Positions 51,765 through 62,573 of a DNA stretch of 64,000 bases are shown here, in pieces (position 1 is the first letter of the stretch; the number at the start of each line of letters is the position of its first letter). The DNA is taken from assembly GCA_963796455.1 (NCBI GenBank), contig CAWCLO010000008.1, positions 32,001 to 96,000 on the forward strand, read 5' to 3'. This DNA comes from Candidatus Sulfomarinibacteraceae bacterium. GTDB lineage: Bacteria; Acidobacteriota; Thermoanaerobaculia; Thermoanaerobaculales; Sulfomarinibacteraceae. Position numbers and translations under genes: made by a program. The notes beneath the pieces were generated by a model. The model did not search any database. It had not been told where the DNA came from and worked only from the letters and a program-made list of their open reading frames with translations.

Positions 51765-53615
51765 TCAGCCTTCGTCCGCCTCTTCCTCGAAGCTGTGCAG
51801 CTTGTGGAGACGTGCGTAGACCCCATCCGCCTCCAGGAGCTCCTCATGGGAACCGACCTCCGCCACCCGGCCTTCGTCGAGCACCACGATCCGGGTTGCC
51901 CGCCGAATCGTCGACAACCGGTGGGCCACCACCAGGGTGGTGCGGTCTTGCATCAGATTGTCCAAGGCCTTTTGAACCATCTGTTCACTCTCGACGTCCA
52001 GCGCCGAGGTGGCCTCGTCAAGCACCAGGATAGGGGCATTCTTGAGCAGCGCCCTGGCAATGGCGATCCGCTGCCTTTGGCCGCCGGACAGCCGGACTCC
52101 GGCTTCACCGACGACGGTCTCATAACCTTCCGGAAGGGCCCGAATGAATTTGTCGGCAAAGGCGGTCTGTGCTGCAGCGACCACGTCATCGTGTGCCAAA
52201 TCGGGTCGGCCGTACGCGATGTTGTTGTGGATCGTGTCGTTGAACAGGAAGACCTCCTGGGTCACCAGACCGATCTGGGAACGCAAGGATTTCTGGGTGA
52301 CGTCTCGGATGTCGTGGCCGTCGATGGTGATTCGGCCGGAGGTGACATCGTAAAAACGCAGCAGGAGATGGGTCATCGTGCTCTTGCCGCCGCCGGAGGG
52401 CCCGACCAGAGCCACCACGTCACCGCGGTTGATGCCGATCTCCACATCGCGCAGCACCGGTTCGCCGGGGTTGTATTCGAAACCGACATGATCGAACTCG
52501 ATCGCGGTTTCAAAACCGTCGAGCTCGATGGCATCCGGTCGATCCTCGATCTGGTATGGCAGATCCATCACGCCGAATACCCGCTCCGCGGCCGCCAGCG
52601 CCTGCTGCAGGGCGAGATTGGCCTTGTTGAGCCTCTTGATGGGAGCGTAGATGAGGGCCATGCCGGCTACAAATGAAACATAGGTCGAGAGCGCGGCACG
52701 ACCCGCCGCGATTTCGTATTGGGCGTAGACAAAGATGCCGATCATTCCAGTGCCGGCGACGGTCTCCATGATCGGGTTGTTGGCGGCCTGGATCCAGGCT
52801 TCGCGGAGCATTGTTTTGTAGTAGCCGATGTTTTTGACCGAGAACCTCCGGCTCTCGACCTCTTCGCCGCCGAAACCCTTGACGATGCGATGACCGCGGA
52901 TCGACTCCTGCAGCGTTTCGGTGAGTTCGGAGACCCGCTCCTGGCTGGCAAAGGCGATGTTCTTGAGCCGCCGGGCCATTTTGAGCACCGGGATCAGCAC
53001 GGCCGGGCCGATCAGAAAGACAAAGACCGCGAGCTTGGGGTTGAGGGTGAAGATATAAACGAGGAGAACCAGAACGATCAGTGTGTCCTGGACCAGCGAG
53101 CCCATCTGTTTTCCGATCGAGATCTGGATCCTCTCGACATCGGTGATCAGATGGCTCGTGAGTTGGCCCGTCGTATGGTCGGTGAAAAATCGGATGGACC
53201 GGTTGAGGACCGAGTCGTAGAGAGACTGTCGAAGCTCGCGGACGGCCCGCAACCCCACCCAGTTGACCGAGATCTGAGCCAGGATCTGAGCGATGTTCTT
53301 GATCAGAATGGTCAACCCGAGCAGCAGTGGTATGGCCAAACCGGCCATGGGCAGCGAGGCCTGGATCGCATCAACCGCAGCCACCCGCCACTCTTCGAGA
53401 TCTTTGGCGAAACCGCTCGCGCCGGTCGATCCTATCGCCATGCCCGGTACCGAGGTGGTGGTGTTGTCGGCTGCCGCCAAGGAATCGAACATCGCGCCCA
53501 CCAGCGATGTCATCGCCGCATTGCCGGCCGCCACGACCAACATGGCGAAAAGCGAAAAGACGAGGATCGGCCAGTGTTTGAGGAACAGACCCAGGAGACG
53601 GCGAAGATTGCTCAT
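51765..53615 (-). CDS. MsbA-like ABC exporter (TMD plus NBD)
   Basis: Fused TMD-NBD; GPSGGGKS, LSGGQRQR, LDEATSALD, AHRLST. Confidence 0.9.
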   Translation of the reverse strand: MSNLRRLLGLFLKHWPILVFSLFAMLVVAAGNAAMTSLVGAMFDSLAAADNTTTSVPGMAIGSTGASGFAKDLEEWRVAAVDAIQASLPMAGLAIPLLLGLTILIKNIAQILAQISVNWVGLRAVRELRQSLYDSVLNRSIRFFTDHTTGQLTSHLITDVERIQISIGKQMGSLVQDTLIVLVLLVYIFTLNPKLAVFVFLIGPAVLIPVLKMARRLKNIAFASQERVSELTETLQESIRGHRIVKGFGGEEVESRRFSVKNIGYYKTMLREAWIQAANNPIMETVAGTGMIGIFVYAQYEIAAGRAALSTYVSFVAGMALIYAPIKRLNKANLALQQALAAAERVFGVMDLPYQIEDRPDAIELDGFETAIEFDHVGFEYNPGEPVLRDVEIGINRGDVVALVGPSGGGKSTMTHLLLRFYDVTSGRITIDGHDIRDVTQKSLRSQIGLVTQEVFLFNDTIHNNIAYGRPDLAHDDVVAAAQTAFADKFIRALPEGYETVVGEAGVRLSGGQRQRIAIARALLKNAPILVLDEATSALDVESEQMVQKALDNLMQDRTTLVVAHRLSTIRRATRIVVLDEGRVAEVGSHEELLEADGVYARLHKLHSFEEEADEG

Positions 53616-53647
53616 TCAGTATCCGATGCTCATTCTCGCATGCGCAC

Positions 53648-55174
53648 TCACCGTCGAGGCCCATCAGGGAAGTATCTGCCGCGGAAAAAACACTGTTCCA
53701 TCGGCAGCCACTCGGGAACCTGGTAAAAGCGATCCCTGATCGGTGCCAGCACCCGGTCGCGGAAGGCATCGAAATCGAGGCGATCACCGAGGAGGAGATA
53801 AAAGATCTGACCCTCGACCTCGATGGTCTCGACCCGCATCTGATCGAAGAGCCCTTCGTACCGCTCCATCTCGGGCGGTTCCCGATGGAAAATCATCACA
53901 TCGCGGCCGGCCCAGTCGCGCCAGTCGGTGATCACATCGTCCTGCCGGCCGTGGATGGTTCCGCGCGCGAAGTGGGAGAAGAATCCGGGGTTGTAAAAGG
54001 AGAGCAGGCAAGCCAACCCATAACCTTCGGCGCCCAGCATTCGATCTTCGGTGAAAGGCGCCATGGCGGCCGCCAGTTCACGATGGTGTTTCGACATGAC
54101 GATCGAAGCGTAGTTCGAGGAGCCCTGGAGAACTCGGATCGGGATCAGCAAGACGACCACGATCAGAATGACGTGAACCATCGAAAAACGAATGGTGAAC
54201 CGGATGGCCCGGGACATCTCGTGGCGGTGGATGACCGCCCAGCTGATCAGAAAGCTCAGGGCGCAGAAGGAGAGCAGCCAGTGGAGCCCGATCTTTTTTG
54301 CCACACTGAGGAGGGCAAAAACCGACATGGGCACGAGATAGAGAACGGCGAAGACTGCGGCATCGTGTTCCTGCAACCGGAGAAGAAACTCTTTTCGCGC
54401 CCGCCACCACAGGATCACACCGGCGGGCAGGAGAAGATAGAGAACGGTGGCCAGGAAAACAAGCGGCGTGACGATATTGGGGCCGTCGCCGGCATTGCGG
54501 TAGAAAAGATTGGAGTTGATCTGCAACCAGGAGTGGTGGTAATTCCAGTAGATATCGAGCAATCCGGCCGGGAGGACCGCAAGATAGAGCAGGCCAATGC
54601 CCAGCACTCGGCGGGTGTTCTTGGGAGCGACGATGAAATGCACCAGATAAGCAAAACCGAGCAGGACCGCAAAGTACTTGGAGAGGAAAGCAAAACTCAG
54701 AAGCAGCCCCGCCGCCGCGTACCACCCGAGGCGACCGCTTCGGTAGGCACGGTAGTAGGCGAACATCGACCAGAAGCTGAAGAAGATCAGGGGCGTGTCC
54801 GTGGTGATGATGACGTAGAGCAGGTTGAGCGGCGACAGGAGGTAGAGGATGGCGGTCAAGGCCGCCCGCTCACGATCACGATCTTCGAGCAGCCGGAAGA
54901 TCCCCCACCCGATGATCACGGTGGCAAAGACCGCGGGCAAACGGACCAGGAACCTGGTCTTGCCGATGGCGAGGATCGGCCACAAGATCCAGCCGATCAT
55001 CGGCGGGTGTTCTGAATAGCCGAGGGCGGGGAACTCACCCCACATGGTGAAGTAGGCCTCGTCCTGAGTCAGCGGCAGCACCGCGGCCAGCACGAGCTTG
55101 AACAGCAGGCTCAGACCGAGCACCCACCAGAAGGCACGGATCGGGTCCCGCCGGATGGTTTCGACGACCTTCAT
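53648..55174 (-). CDS. GT39/PMT_2-like membrane glycosyltransferase
   Basis: QDEAYF..W, YSEHPPMIGW, TTDTPL, LSKY; polytopic. Confidence 0.85.
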   Translation of the reverse strand: MKVVETIRRDPIRAFWWVLGLSLLFKLVLAAVLPLTQDEAYFTMWGEFPALGYSEHPPMIGWILWPILAIGKTRFLVRLPAVFATVIIGWGIFRLLEDRDRERAALTAILYLLSPLNLLYVIITTDTPLIFFSFWSMFAYYRAYRSGRLGWYAAAGLLLSFAFLSKYFAVLLGFAYLVHFIVAPKNTRRVLGIGLLYLAVLPAGLLDIYWNYHHSWLQINSNLFYRNAGDGPNIVTPLVFLATVLYLLLPAGVILWWRARKEFLLRLQEHDAAVFAVLYLVPMSVFALLSVAKKIGLHWLLSFCALSFLISWAVIHRHEMSRAIRFTIRFSMVHVILIVVVLLIPIRVLQGSSNYASIVMSKHHRELAAAMAPFTEDRMLGAEGYGLACLLSFYNPGFFSHFARGTIHGRQDDVITDWRDWAGRDVMIFHREPPEMERYEGLFDQMRVETIEVEGQIFYLLLGDRLDFDAFRDRVLAPIRDRFYQVPEWLPMEQCFFRGRYFPDGPRR

Positions 55175-56523
55175 CAGTCGACAGGCCTCGGCATGGAGGG
55201 GAGACGGAAGTCGGCCGCGGTCCTTTTTATCGACGATTTTTGTCCGTGATCGGAGAGAATCTCATGGGCCGCTTCGAGGCCGGAGTACAGGGCGGTGCCG
55301 GTGGTGACGGTCGAAGGGAAGGTGCGGTAGTTTCCGGCGAAGTAGACATTGTTCCAGCCGGTGCTGCGGATCGGTGGGTTCTGGTAGTCCGGAACCAGCA
55401 CCGGGGAGTACATCGGGATCTTAGTCATATTGGTCCAGAACGGTTCCACTCGGAAGCCGAAGACCTCTTCGAAGTCGTTGTAATAACCCTGCCAAAGCTT
55501 TTCGTCGCTCTGTTTGAAGAAGTCGTCGTGACGGCTCGGCACGTGGGTCATGAAGTTGAGGCACGAATCTCCCGGCTGACCGATGGACGGATTGAGCGAG
55601 CTCAGATGAAAGAAACCGGAAGCGCTCTGCTGCAAGGACATCATATTCAGCCAGTAGAAATCGGGAGCGATCTTCTGCTTGGTCGCACAGATGGCCGAAA
55701 CGATCGCCGTATAGCGGATCTTGTCGAGATAGGGGGTGGCGTCTCCGTCCACCATCCGGCAGTAGACCTCGGTCGGCACGGTGCTGATGAAAATGTCGGC
55801 GGCCAATCGCTCGCCGTCTGAAAGCTCGAGCTCCTCGATGCGGCCGTTTTTTCCGCGCAAGGCCCGGCCCGAGGTTTCGAGCCGCACAGCGACACCTGCG
55901 TCCTCCACCATATTGGTGAGTCCGTCGCACAGAACCTTGGTCCAGTTGTGATCCGGCATGTAGCCGAGGGGCGAGGACCCTTCGCGGAAGTGGAGTCTGG
56001 CGCCCAACCAGGCGGCGCTCACCTCGGCGCACGGACGGCCGAACTTGAGCCGGCTCAGGCGCTCGAAGAGCGCCTCTCTGACGCCCGCCCCGGCCCAGCT
56101 GTCGATCAACTCCTGCGCGTTGCGGCCGTTCCAATCGCTCCAGTCCGATTTGCGGAAGCAGCGCATCATGAGACCGACAAAGCGAATCTTGTCGGTCAAG
56201 CTCATCGGATACGCGGCAAAGTCCGCCGGGCGGGTGAGATCAAAAAGCCGGTCGTCGAGATGAAAGAGCATCCGGATCTTACGCCACCGGACATCGGAAA
56301 GTGCGCCGATCTGATCGAGGAAATAATGCAGCGGACGATCGCGGTGGAGGATGTGGTGGTAGCCCAGGGGGTAGAAGTGATCTGCCCGTTCGAAGGAACC
56401 TGCGAGACCACCGAGCTCGGGGCCGCGCTCGACGATGGTGACCTTTTTCCACCCCGATCGCGCCAGCGAAGCCGCCGCCGCAACCCCGGCGAGCCCGCCT
56501 CCAAGAACCACCGCCGACGGCAT
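55174..56523 (-). CDS. FAD-dependent oxidoreductase (amine oxidase/PPO-like fold)
   Basis: VLGGGLAG, ELGGLAGS, YHH, YFAG; TGATG-coupled on both sides. Confidence 0.85.
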   Translation of the reverse strand: MPSAVVLGGGLAGVAAAASLARSGWKKVTIVERGPELGGLAGSFERADHFYPLGYHHILHRDRPLHYFLDQIGALSDVRWRKIRMLFHLDDRLFDLTRPADFAAYPMSLTDKIRFVGLMMRCFRKSDWSDWNGRNAQELIDSWAGAGVREALFERLSRLKFGRPCAEVSAAWLGARLHFREGSSPLGYMPDHNWTKVLCDGLTNMVEDAGVAVRLETSGRALRGKNGRIEELELSDGERLAADIFISTVPTEVYCRMVDGDATPYLDKIRYTAIVSAICATKQKIAPDFYWLNMMSLQQSASGFFHLSSLNPSIGQPGDSCLNFMTHVPSRHDDFFKQSDEKLWQGYYNDFEEVFGFRVEPFWTNMTKIPMYSPVLVPDYQNPPIRSTGWNNVYFAGNYRTFPSTVTTGTALYSGLEAAHEILSDHGQKSSIKRTAADFRLPSMPRPVD

Positions 56524-57593
56524 CAGCCGGCCTCGACTCCACGGTTTTCCAGATCGGGGCCGTTCCAACCCTGGTTCCATTGGGGTCCGTAGACCGGGTG
56601 CGATCGGGCGATCCGCCAGGCCGCCTTGGCCTCGAGAGCGGTCCAGATCCGGTAGTAGTTCTTGGCCCCGAAAAGACAGACATCAAAGATCGGGGTGTTG
56701 AAGAACAGTCGTTTGAAAACCGATTTTCGGAGCAGATTCTCGACCCGCGAGACGGCGTTGTGCTTGGGCCGGAGGAAGGGCATCGAATCGACCGCCGGGT
56801 CCACTCCCCGGATCTCGATCTTCTCCGGATCGCAGGTGCCGATACCGCGTTCCGAGCAGGTGGTGAGGTGTTTCACCTCTGAGGGATCGATCTGCATCAG
56901 CATCGCCTGAACGGTGTCCAGCGCGACAGGATCTCTCGAGCACAGGATGAGGTCGGCGACTTTCGGGCGGCCGCTCTTTGGTCCGTTGCCTTCGAGACCG
57001 ATGGTGCCGTCCATTACGGCGAGGGCCGGTCGCATGACACTGTTGAGGTCGGCCAGGGCGTCATCGAGCACCAGGTGGTATTCGTGGCGCATCTTGGAAA
57101 GACATCCCCATTGGTTTTTGAGCGCACCCGTGATGACCGTTTTGGCGTGGGTTTTCATCGCCGGGACCGTCACGAGGTAACTTTCCCGCAGCACTTCGGG
57201 CACATCGATCCGCGTCAGGACCTTGTTGTCGGGACAATCCACCGCCACCGTCGGCGCCCGGCTCATATTGACCCACGGGACACCGGTTCGCCGGCAGACA
57301 TCAGCCATACCGCAGTCGGTGAACGCCTTCTCCACGTCCTCGAGCACCTGGTCGGACTCGACCATCACGATCTCGCCGCAATGATCGCGCATCTCGTGGA
57401 TCAGCAACTCGGCCATCAGTGGTGAAGTGATCGAACCCGGGATGAAAAGATCCCAACCGAGGTTGACCTTGAGCGCCACCTTGGCGCCGGCGGGTATGGC
57501 CTCCTTCCAGTCAGCTCTCTCGAGGGCGCGCCGGATGGCCGATCGCACGTCGGATCCGACCTTTTCTACTGCGACAACAGCCTGTTTTTCCAA
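56523..57593 (-). CDS. DUF362 domain protein
   Basis: VALKVN, MKTH..TGALKN.WG, DG.IGLEGNGP, DPVALD; TTG start with GAGGAG RBS (alternative start 57656). Confidence 0.85.
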   Translation of the reverse strand: MEKQAVVAVEKVGSDVRSAIRRALERADWKEAIPAGAKVALKVNLGWDLFIPGSITSPLMAELLIHEMRDHCGEIVMVESDQVLEDVEKAFTDCGMADVCRRTGVPWVNMSRAPTVAVDCPDNKVLTRIDVPEVLRESYLVTVPAMKTHAKTVITGALKNQWGCLSKMRHEYHLVLDDALADLNSVMRPALAVMDGTIGLEGNGPKSGRPKVADLILCSRDPVALDTVQAMLMQIDPSEVKHLTTCSERGIGTCDPEKIEIRGVDPAVDSMPFLRPKHNAVSRVENLLRKSVFKRLFFNTPIFDVCLFGAKNYYRIWTALEAKAAWRIARSHPVYGPQWNQGWNGPDLENRGVEAG

Positions 57594-57803
57594 ATCATCT
57601 CCTCGCTCGGTTGGGTTCGACGAAAACCTTTTGATCGGGTTCTTCGGCGCGATCATGCCGTGAAGTCGGGATGCAGGTCAAGGAAAACACCGCAGGATCA
57701 GAGGATAGTCCGGCAGCGGCGGGGAGGCAACGGCGCGAATCTGCGGGACGTGAGACACTGCTGGAAATCGGGGGTAAGGGATGAAAAGCACGGGGGTTCA
57801 AAG

Positions 57804-59470
57804 ATGAAGAGATGGCAACTGGCGTGGATCGCGGTGGTTGTTGTCGGTCTTTTCATCAATCTCGGAGGATATGGACTGATCGAGCCCGACGAGGGCCGCA
57901 ACGCCGAGGTCGCCCGAGAGATGGCCGCGACCAACGACTACGTTCTGCCCCATCTCAACGGTCTGCCCTACCTCGACAAGCCGATTGTTTTTTTTGCAGC
58001 GGCGGCGGCCTCGATCGAGGTCTTCGGCGCCAACGAATGGGCGGTGCGGCTGGTGCCGTTTTTCTTTGCGCTGGCGACGGCCTTTCTGGTCGGCTTTTTT
58101 GCCCTCCGGGTATTTGGTCCCGATGAGGCGTTTGTAGCCTTTGTGGCAACCGCCACAGCTCCATTGGCTCTGGCGCTGTCACGGATCGTCATCATGGATT
58201 CCACCCTGAGCTTTTTTGTGGTGCTCAGTCTTGTCTCCTTCTACCCAGCAATCGAAGGCCGTCGTCGGGCACTCCGGGAGAGGCTTCCGGCTCGCACCTG
58301 GATCGGCTGGACGCTTCTGGCATGGGCGGCGATGGCGGTCGGCGTGCTGACCAAGGGACCGGTGGCGCTGGCCGTGCCGTTGTTGGCGGCCGCTCCATAT
58401 GCCGTCTGGCGCCGCGCTTCGCTGGCCGTGTGGCAGCCTCTGGGAGCGGTCCTCCTGGCGCTGATCGTGGCGCCGTGGGTCTGGGCCGTCTCCCTCGAGA
58501 TTCCGAATTTCCTGGAATACGTGGTCCTCACCGAGACGGTTGCCCGAATGACCACCGATGAGCTCCGGAGATCGAATCCCTTCTGGTACTTCGTGCCGGT
58601 CCTCTTGGCGGGGACGTTCCCGTGGTCGCTGCTCGCGATCTCGAGTTTGCGGCGGAAGTCTGAGTCGCGGAAGAGCGACGCCGATCACCGGCGAGTGTAC
58701 CTCTGGCTGTGGTTGCTGGTGCCCTTTGTTCTCTTCTCCATCTCGAGCGGCAAACAGGCGCAGTACGTGCTGCCGTTGGTGCCGGCGGTGGCGCTGCTGG
58801 CGGCTACCGGGAATTTGCCACGCACCATGGGGGCCCGAACGGCTGCCGTCGGGTGGGGGGCGCTCGGTCTGGTTTTCGTCATTGCCGCTGGTCTGGGCCT
58901 GCCCGGGGTCGATGCCGGGCCCGGTGAAATGGCAGTCGCCTCCCGAACTGCGCTCGCGATCGGATTCATCGCGATCCTCGCGGGAGCCTTTGCCTGGTTC
59001 TTCAGCCCTCGCCGGGCGGCCGCGGTGGCGGCCCTGAGTGTGCCTCTTGTGCTTTTTCCGTTGGTCACGGCCCCTGCGATGGATCTGGTGGCGGGACAGC
59101 GTTCGGTCGAAGCCCTGGCCGACTCGATCGCAGGATCCTCGAGCAGGGCACCGAGGTCGTTGCGGTTGAGGCCTTTGCCGGAGGGCTCGCCTTCTACCTC
59201 GAACGGGAGATTCCGCTTCTGAGCGCCGACGGCGACGAACTGCGGAGCAACTACGTGGTGCGCAACGCCGAGCGCTGGCTCGGACCGGATGGGACGCTTC
59301 GGCCGGTGGAGAGCGCGATCTCAACCCTCGCTGATTGTGATCGACCCCGGGTCGTCGTGTTCAAGAAAACCAATACCGATTTCTTGACGACCGTCGAGGA
59401 GACCGGTCACCCTCTACTCGGCGAGAGCCGCAAACTGCTCGCATTCGGCCCGGCCTGCGGGCCGGAATGA
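57804..59470 (+). CDS. ArnT-like (GT83/GT39) glycosyltransferase, frameshifted near 59133
   Basis: PDEGRNAEVAREM, LNGLPYLDKP, LTKGPVAL, PFWYF; continues ILEQGTEVV..LAFYL in the frame ending at 59470. Confidence 0.85.
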
Positions 59471-59556
59471 GAAGACGATAGGACTCCCTGTTCCGAGAAT
59501 CTTGAGATGATGTGTTCGGATTCCTGATCTCAAACTCCCCCAAGGGGGCGCCGTGG

Positions 59557-60969
59557 TTACGGATTCCCTCCTGCAGTGGAACTCCAGCGCCACAGGCTGC
59601 CCGGTCCGGCAGGGTTGAACCACTCGAAGTCGTCGCAGATATAACGCAGTGCTCGATGTCGCGACTGATGACGAATGGATGGTTGGTATTGGCGGGGTGC
59701 GGGACGCCGTCCCAGGTCAGGCTCCGCCAGTCGACGGCCAGCCGTCCGTACCATCCGTGGGCTCCGGGAAACTGTTGGTTGTTGTCGTTGTCCCAGGTGT
59801 TGTACTGAACCTGCGGGTCATCGATCCCGTCGCCGTCGTGATCAAACGCGTTCGGTCCGGTCACGACCCGCGCTTCGATACTCACACCCAGGTCGTCACC
59901 GCTCGCCACATCGCTGCCCCAGACCACGAGGAAACCCACGGGCCCGAGGTCGGCGATGCGCGGATGGGACTGGGTATCATCCGTCACCGTGTTGATCCGA
60001 AAATCGGGTCCGAGAGGCACGAGGTCGGCATCGAAGAGCCGGCCCCGGACCTCAGTGCCGGTTCCGGCGTCGTCTCCGCTATCTGCCCACACCACGAGCA
60101 CGTTCCCGTTCCAGCCGATTGCCGCGTCGACTTCGGACACCTGGGCCGTTAACAACGTACTGATCTGAAAGTCGTTGGCGAGCGCTGCGCCGCCGGCATT
60201 GAAACGGCGGCCCCACACGTCGCCATAGTCCTGCCACGTCGCCAGGAATCCGCCGTCCTGAAGCTCGGTCACCGAAGGGTAGCTCTGGCTGGTGCCGGTG
60301 TTCGAGTTGACCTGGAACTGGGCGCCGGGGATGCCTGCGGCATTCACCAGACAGCCCTCGATGCTCCAATTGGTATCGCTGCCCGATGCCTGGTTGCTTT
60401 TCCACACCACCGCGAAACCACCGCCGCTGCCGTCAGGAGTTCGCAGCGCGGCCACATCGGCAAATGCGTTCGATGCTTCAAGTGTCGAGAGCGTGCTCAG
60501 GAGTTGCTCGGCGCCCACCGGATTGCCATCGGCGCCGAACGCCTGACTCCGGATCCTGATCCGATTGACCCCGGGGGGGACCTGCTCCCAACTTTGGTAG
60601 ATCACCAGGAAGGAGCCATCGGCCGACACCGCGACTCTGGCGAGTTGTTGTTGGGCTGCGGTTGTCGTATTGACCATCGCCGGATCTCCGAGGGGATTGC
60701 CTTCTGAATCCCACCGCCGCATGAACACCTCGGTGCTCACGAGCCCTGTACCGGCTGCGGACCAGACATGGATGCGCCGACCCATGTTGTCGACCGCCAC
60801 GTCGGGGTACACCGGACTGCCAGGCCAAACAGCATCGGGTCCGTCGATCCAGAGCTCGGGCCCAACGATATCGGGGAACGCGAGTTGAGCCTCTCCCTCC
60901 CGCAGGCCGAAAGCCCAGGTCAGACTCAATGGCCACGAATAGAACGCAGAGCACGAATGATCTCTTCAT
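59557..60969 (-). CDS. Secreted protein with repeated F-x-V/I-N-T beta units and a C-terminal DDFE..S-x-W tail; indels near 60930 and 59640
   Basis: Signal peptide MKRSFVLCVLFVA in one frame, body in ORF 59361-60929, tail CDDFEWFNPAGPGSLWRWSS in ORF 59557-59754. Confidence 0.7.
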
Positions 60970-61315
60970 CTCGACTCTTCCCTTCTGTCGTCCCTCCCTG
61001 GACCTTGCCAGAAGAGGTTTCGGGACTTAGTGAATTGTGATAGTAGAAAGTGTTTGTGCGATCACTATAACACCATCGAGACAAATCTCATGTTGATGTT
61101 CCTCAGAAGTGCCTCTGTAAGACGTCAAGGGTGATTATCTCGTCGTCGAGGCGAAGAGTTTGTCAAAGGTTCCCGGCGCTGCTTTGCAGAACTGCGAACT
61201 TCATGGTTCCTCATTTGCGACGAGATCGAGAGCTTTGGCATAAGAACTCTCTGCTCCCGGTCCCTGACCCCTCGACCTCCGCCCCACTTCGGGCTGTTCC
61301 TCCTATAATCCCTCC

Positions 61316-62212
61316 ATGCCAAACGTCGCTGCTTTTGCCGGTGTCGCCCGTGCTCCATTCCTGCTGTTGCCGCCGACCCTTGTGGCATCGGGTGCCGCTG
61401 CCGCGGCCTGGGACGGGAGCTTTTCGTGGGCTCGGACCCTGCTTGCCCTGGTCGGTCTGGTGACGCTGCACATGGCGGTCAACATCCTCAACGAGTGGAG
61501 CGACCTCCGGACCGGAATCGATTTCAACACGGAGCGAACACCCTTTTCCGGTGGCAGCGGCACGCTGCCCGCGGGTGGGATGAGCAGTCGTGCGGCCTTG
61601 ATCTTCGGTCTTCTCTGTTCGGCCATCGGGCTCGCAATCGGAATCTGGTTCCTCGCCCAGGTGGGTTGGGTCCTGTTGCCGATCATTCTGGCGGGTGCGG
61701 TCTCGGTGCTTGCCTACACCGATCTTCTGGCCCGGATCGGCGTTGGTGAGGTGGCCGCCGGTTTCGGTCTCGGTGCCGGTCCCGTGATCGGCACCGCCCT
61801 GGTGCAAAATGGTAGCTGGAGCACCGCCGCGGCCTGGGCCGCGGTTCCGGCATTCTTGATGACCTTCAATCTTCTCCTGCTCAACGAGTTTCCGGACGAA
61901 ACCGCGGATCGCGAGGGTGGGCGGCGAAATCTCGTCATTCTGCTCGGTCGTCGAAATGCTTCGAGGGTCTACGCGCTGGCAGCTCTGTTGACCCCGACCT
62001 CCATCGTCGCTGCGGTGGTCCTTGGCGCCTTTCCCATCTTCTGCCTTATTGCAGCGCTGCCTTCGCTTTTGTTGTTGCAACCGCTGAAATGGGTCTTCGA
62101 TGACGCCGCGCAGCCGGTCCCGATCCCTGCGCTGGGGTCAAATGTTGCGTGGAATCTGGCGACCAATACGGCGCTCGCAGCAAGCCTGCTGGCGGCCGTT
62201 CTGATGCTCTAG
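61316..62212 (+). CDS. UbiA/MenA family prenyltransferase
   Basis: RAPFL, NILNEWSD..TGID, TPFSGGSG, NEFPD..AD..GRRNL. Confidence 0.88.
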   Translation: MPNVAAFAGVARAPFLLLPPTLVASGAAAAAWDGSFSWARTLLALVGLVTLHMAVNILNEWSDLRTGIDFNTERTPFSGGSGTLPAGGMSSRAALIFGLLCSAIGLAIGIWFLAQVGWVLLPIILAGAVSVLAYTDLLARIGVGEVAAGFGLGAGPVIGTALVQNGSWSTAAAWAAVPAFLMTFNLLLLNEFPDETADREGGRRNLVILLGRRNASRVYALAALLTPTSIVAAVVLGAFPIFCLIAALPSLLLLQPLKWVFDDAAQPVPIPALGSNVAWNLATNTALAASLLAAVLML

Positions 62213-62231
62213 GACCGGCGTTCATTTTCGT

Positions 62232-62547
62232 GGTTGCCCCGCCTCCGCGCCCGGATTGCAGCGACAGCGACGGCGTCCAGCGTCAGCGACAGGCAACAGC
62301 GAACAGGGACAGCGGTCAGTATTCAGCGACGGAGAGCAGCGGCAGCTGTCCGGAGTTCATGCGGCGAAGTGGCCTCCTCCGGGTCGTTCAACAAAAGGGG
62401 TAGCCGTTGTGGTGCAGGCGTCTCGCCTGAACACCGTGCGGCCGAGACGGCCGCACCACCAAAGGCGGGGTCCCGAAGAAGTGGAGTACTGTCCCCCGTC
62501 GCTGTCCCTGAACGCTTTCCGAGACTCTTTCTTGGACCAGAATGGTC
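62232..62547 (+). mobile_element. MITE-like repeat (REP doublet at 62409-62459)
   Basis: Collinear with 4615-4959; right end TTTCTTGGACCAGAATGGTC. Confidence 0.72.
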
Positions 62548-62573
62548 CCGAGTCGATTTTTCGGATCGATGCC

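Noticed and set aside
61030..61110. Riboswitch in the AT-rich spacer upstream of the 60969 gene
   Set aside because: Only weak inverted repeats and no recognisable aptamer consensus; cannot be supported without an Rfam search.
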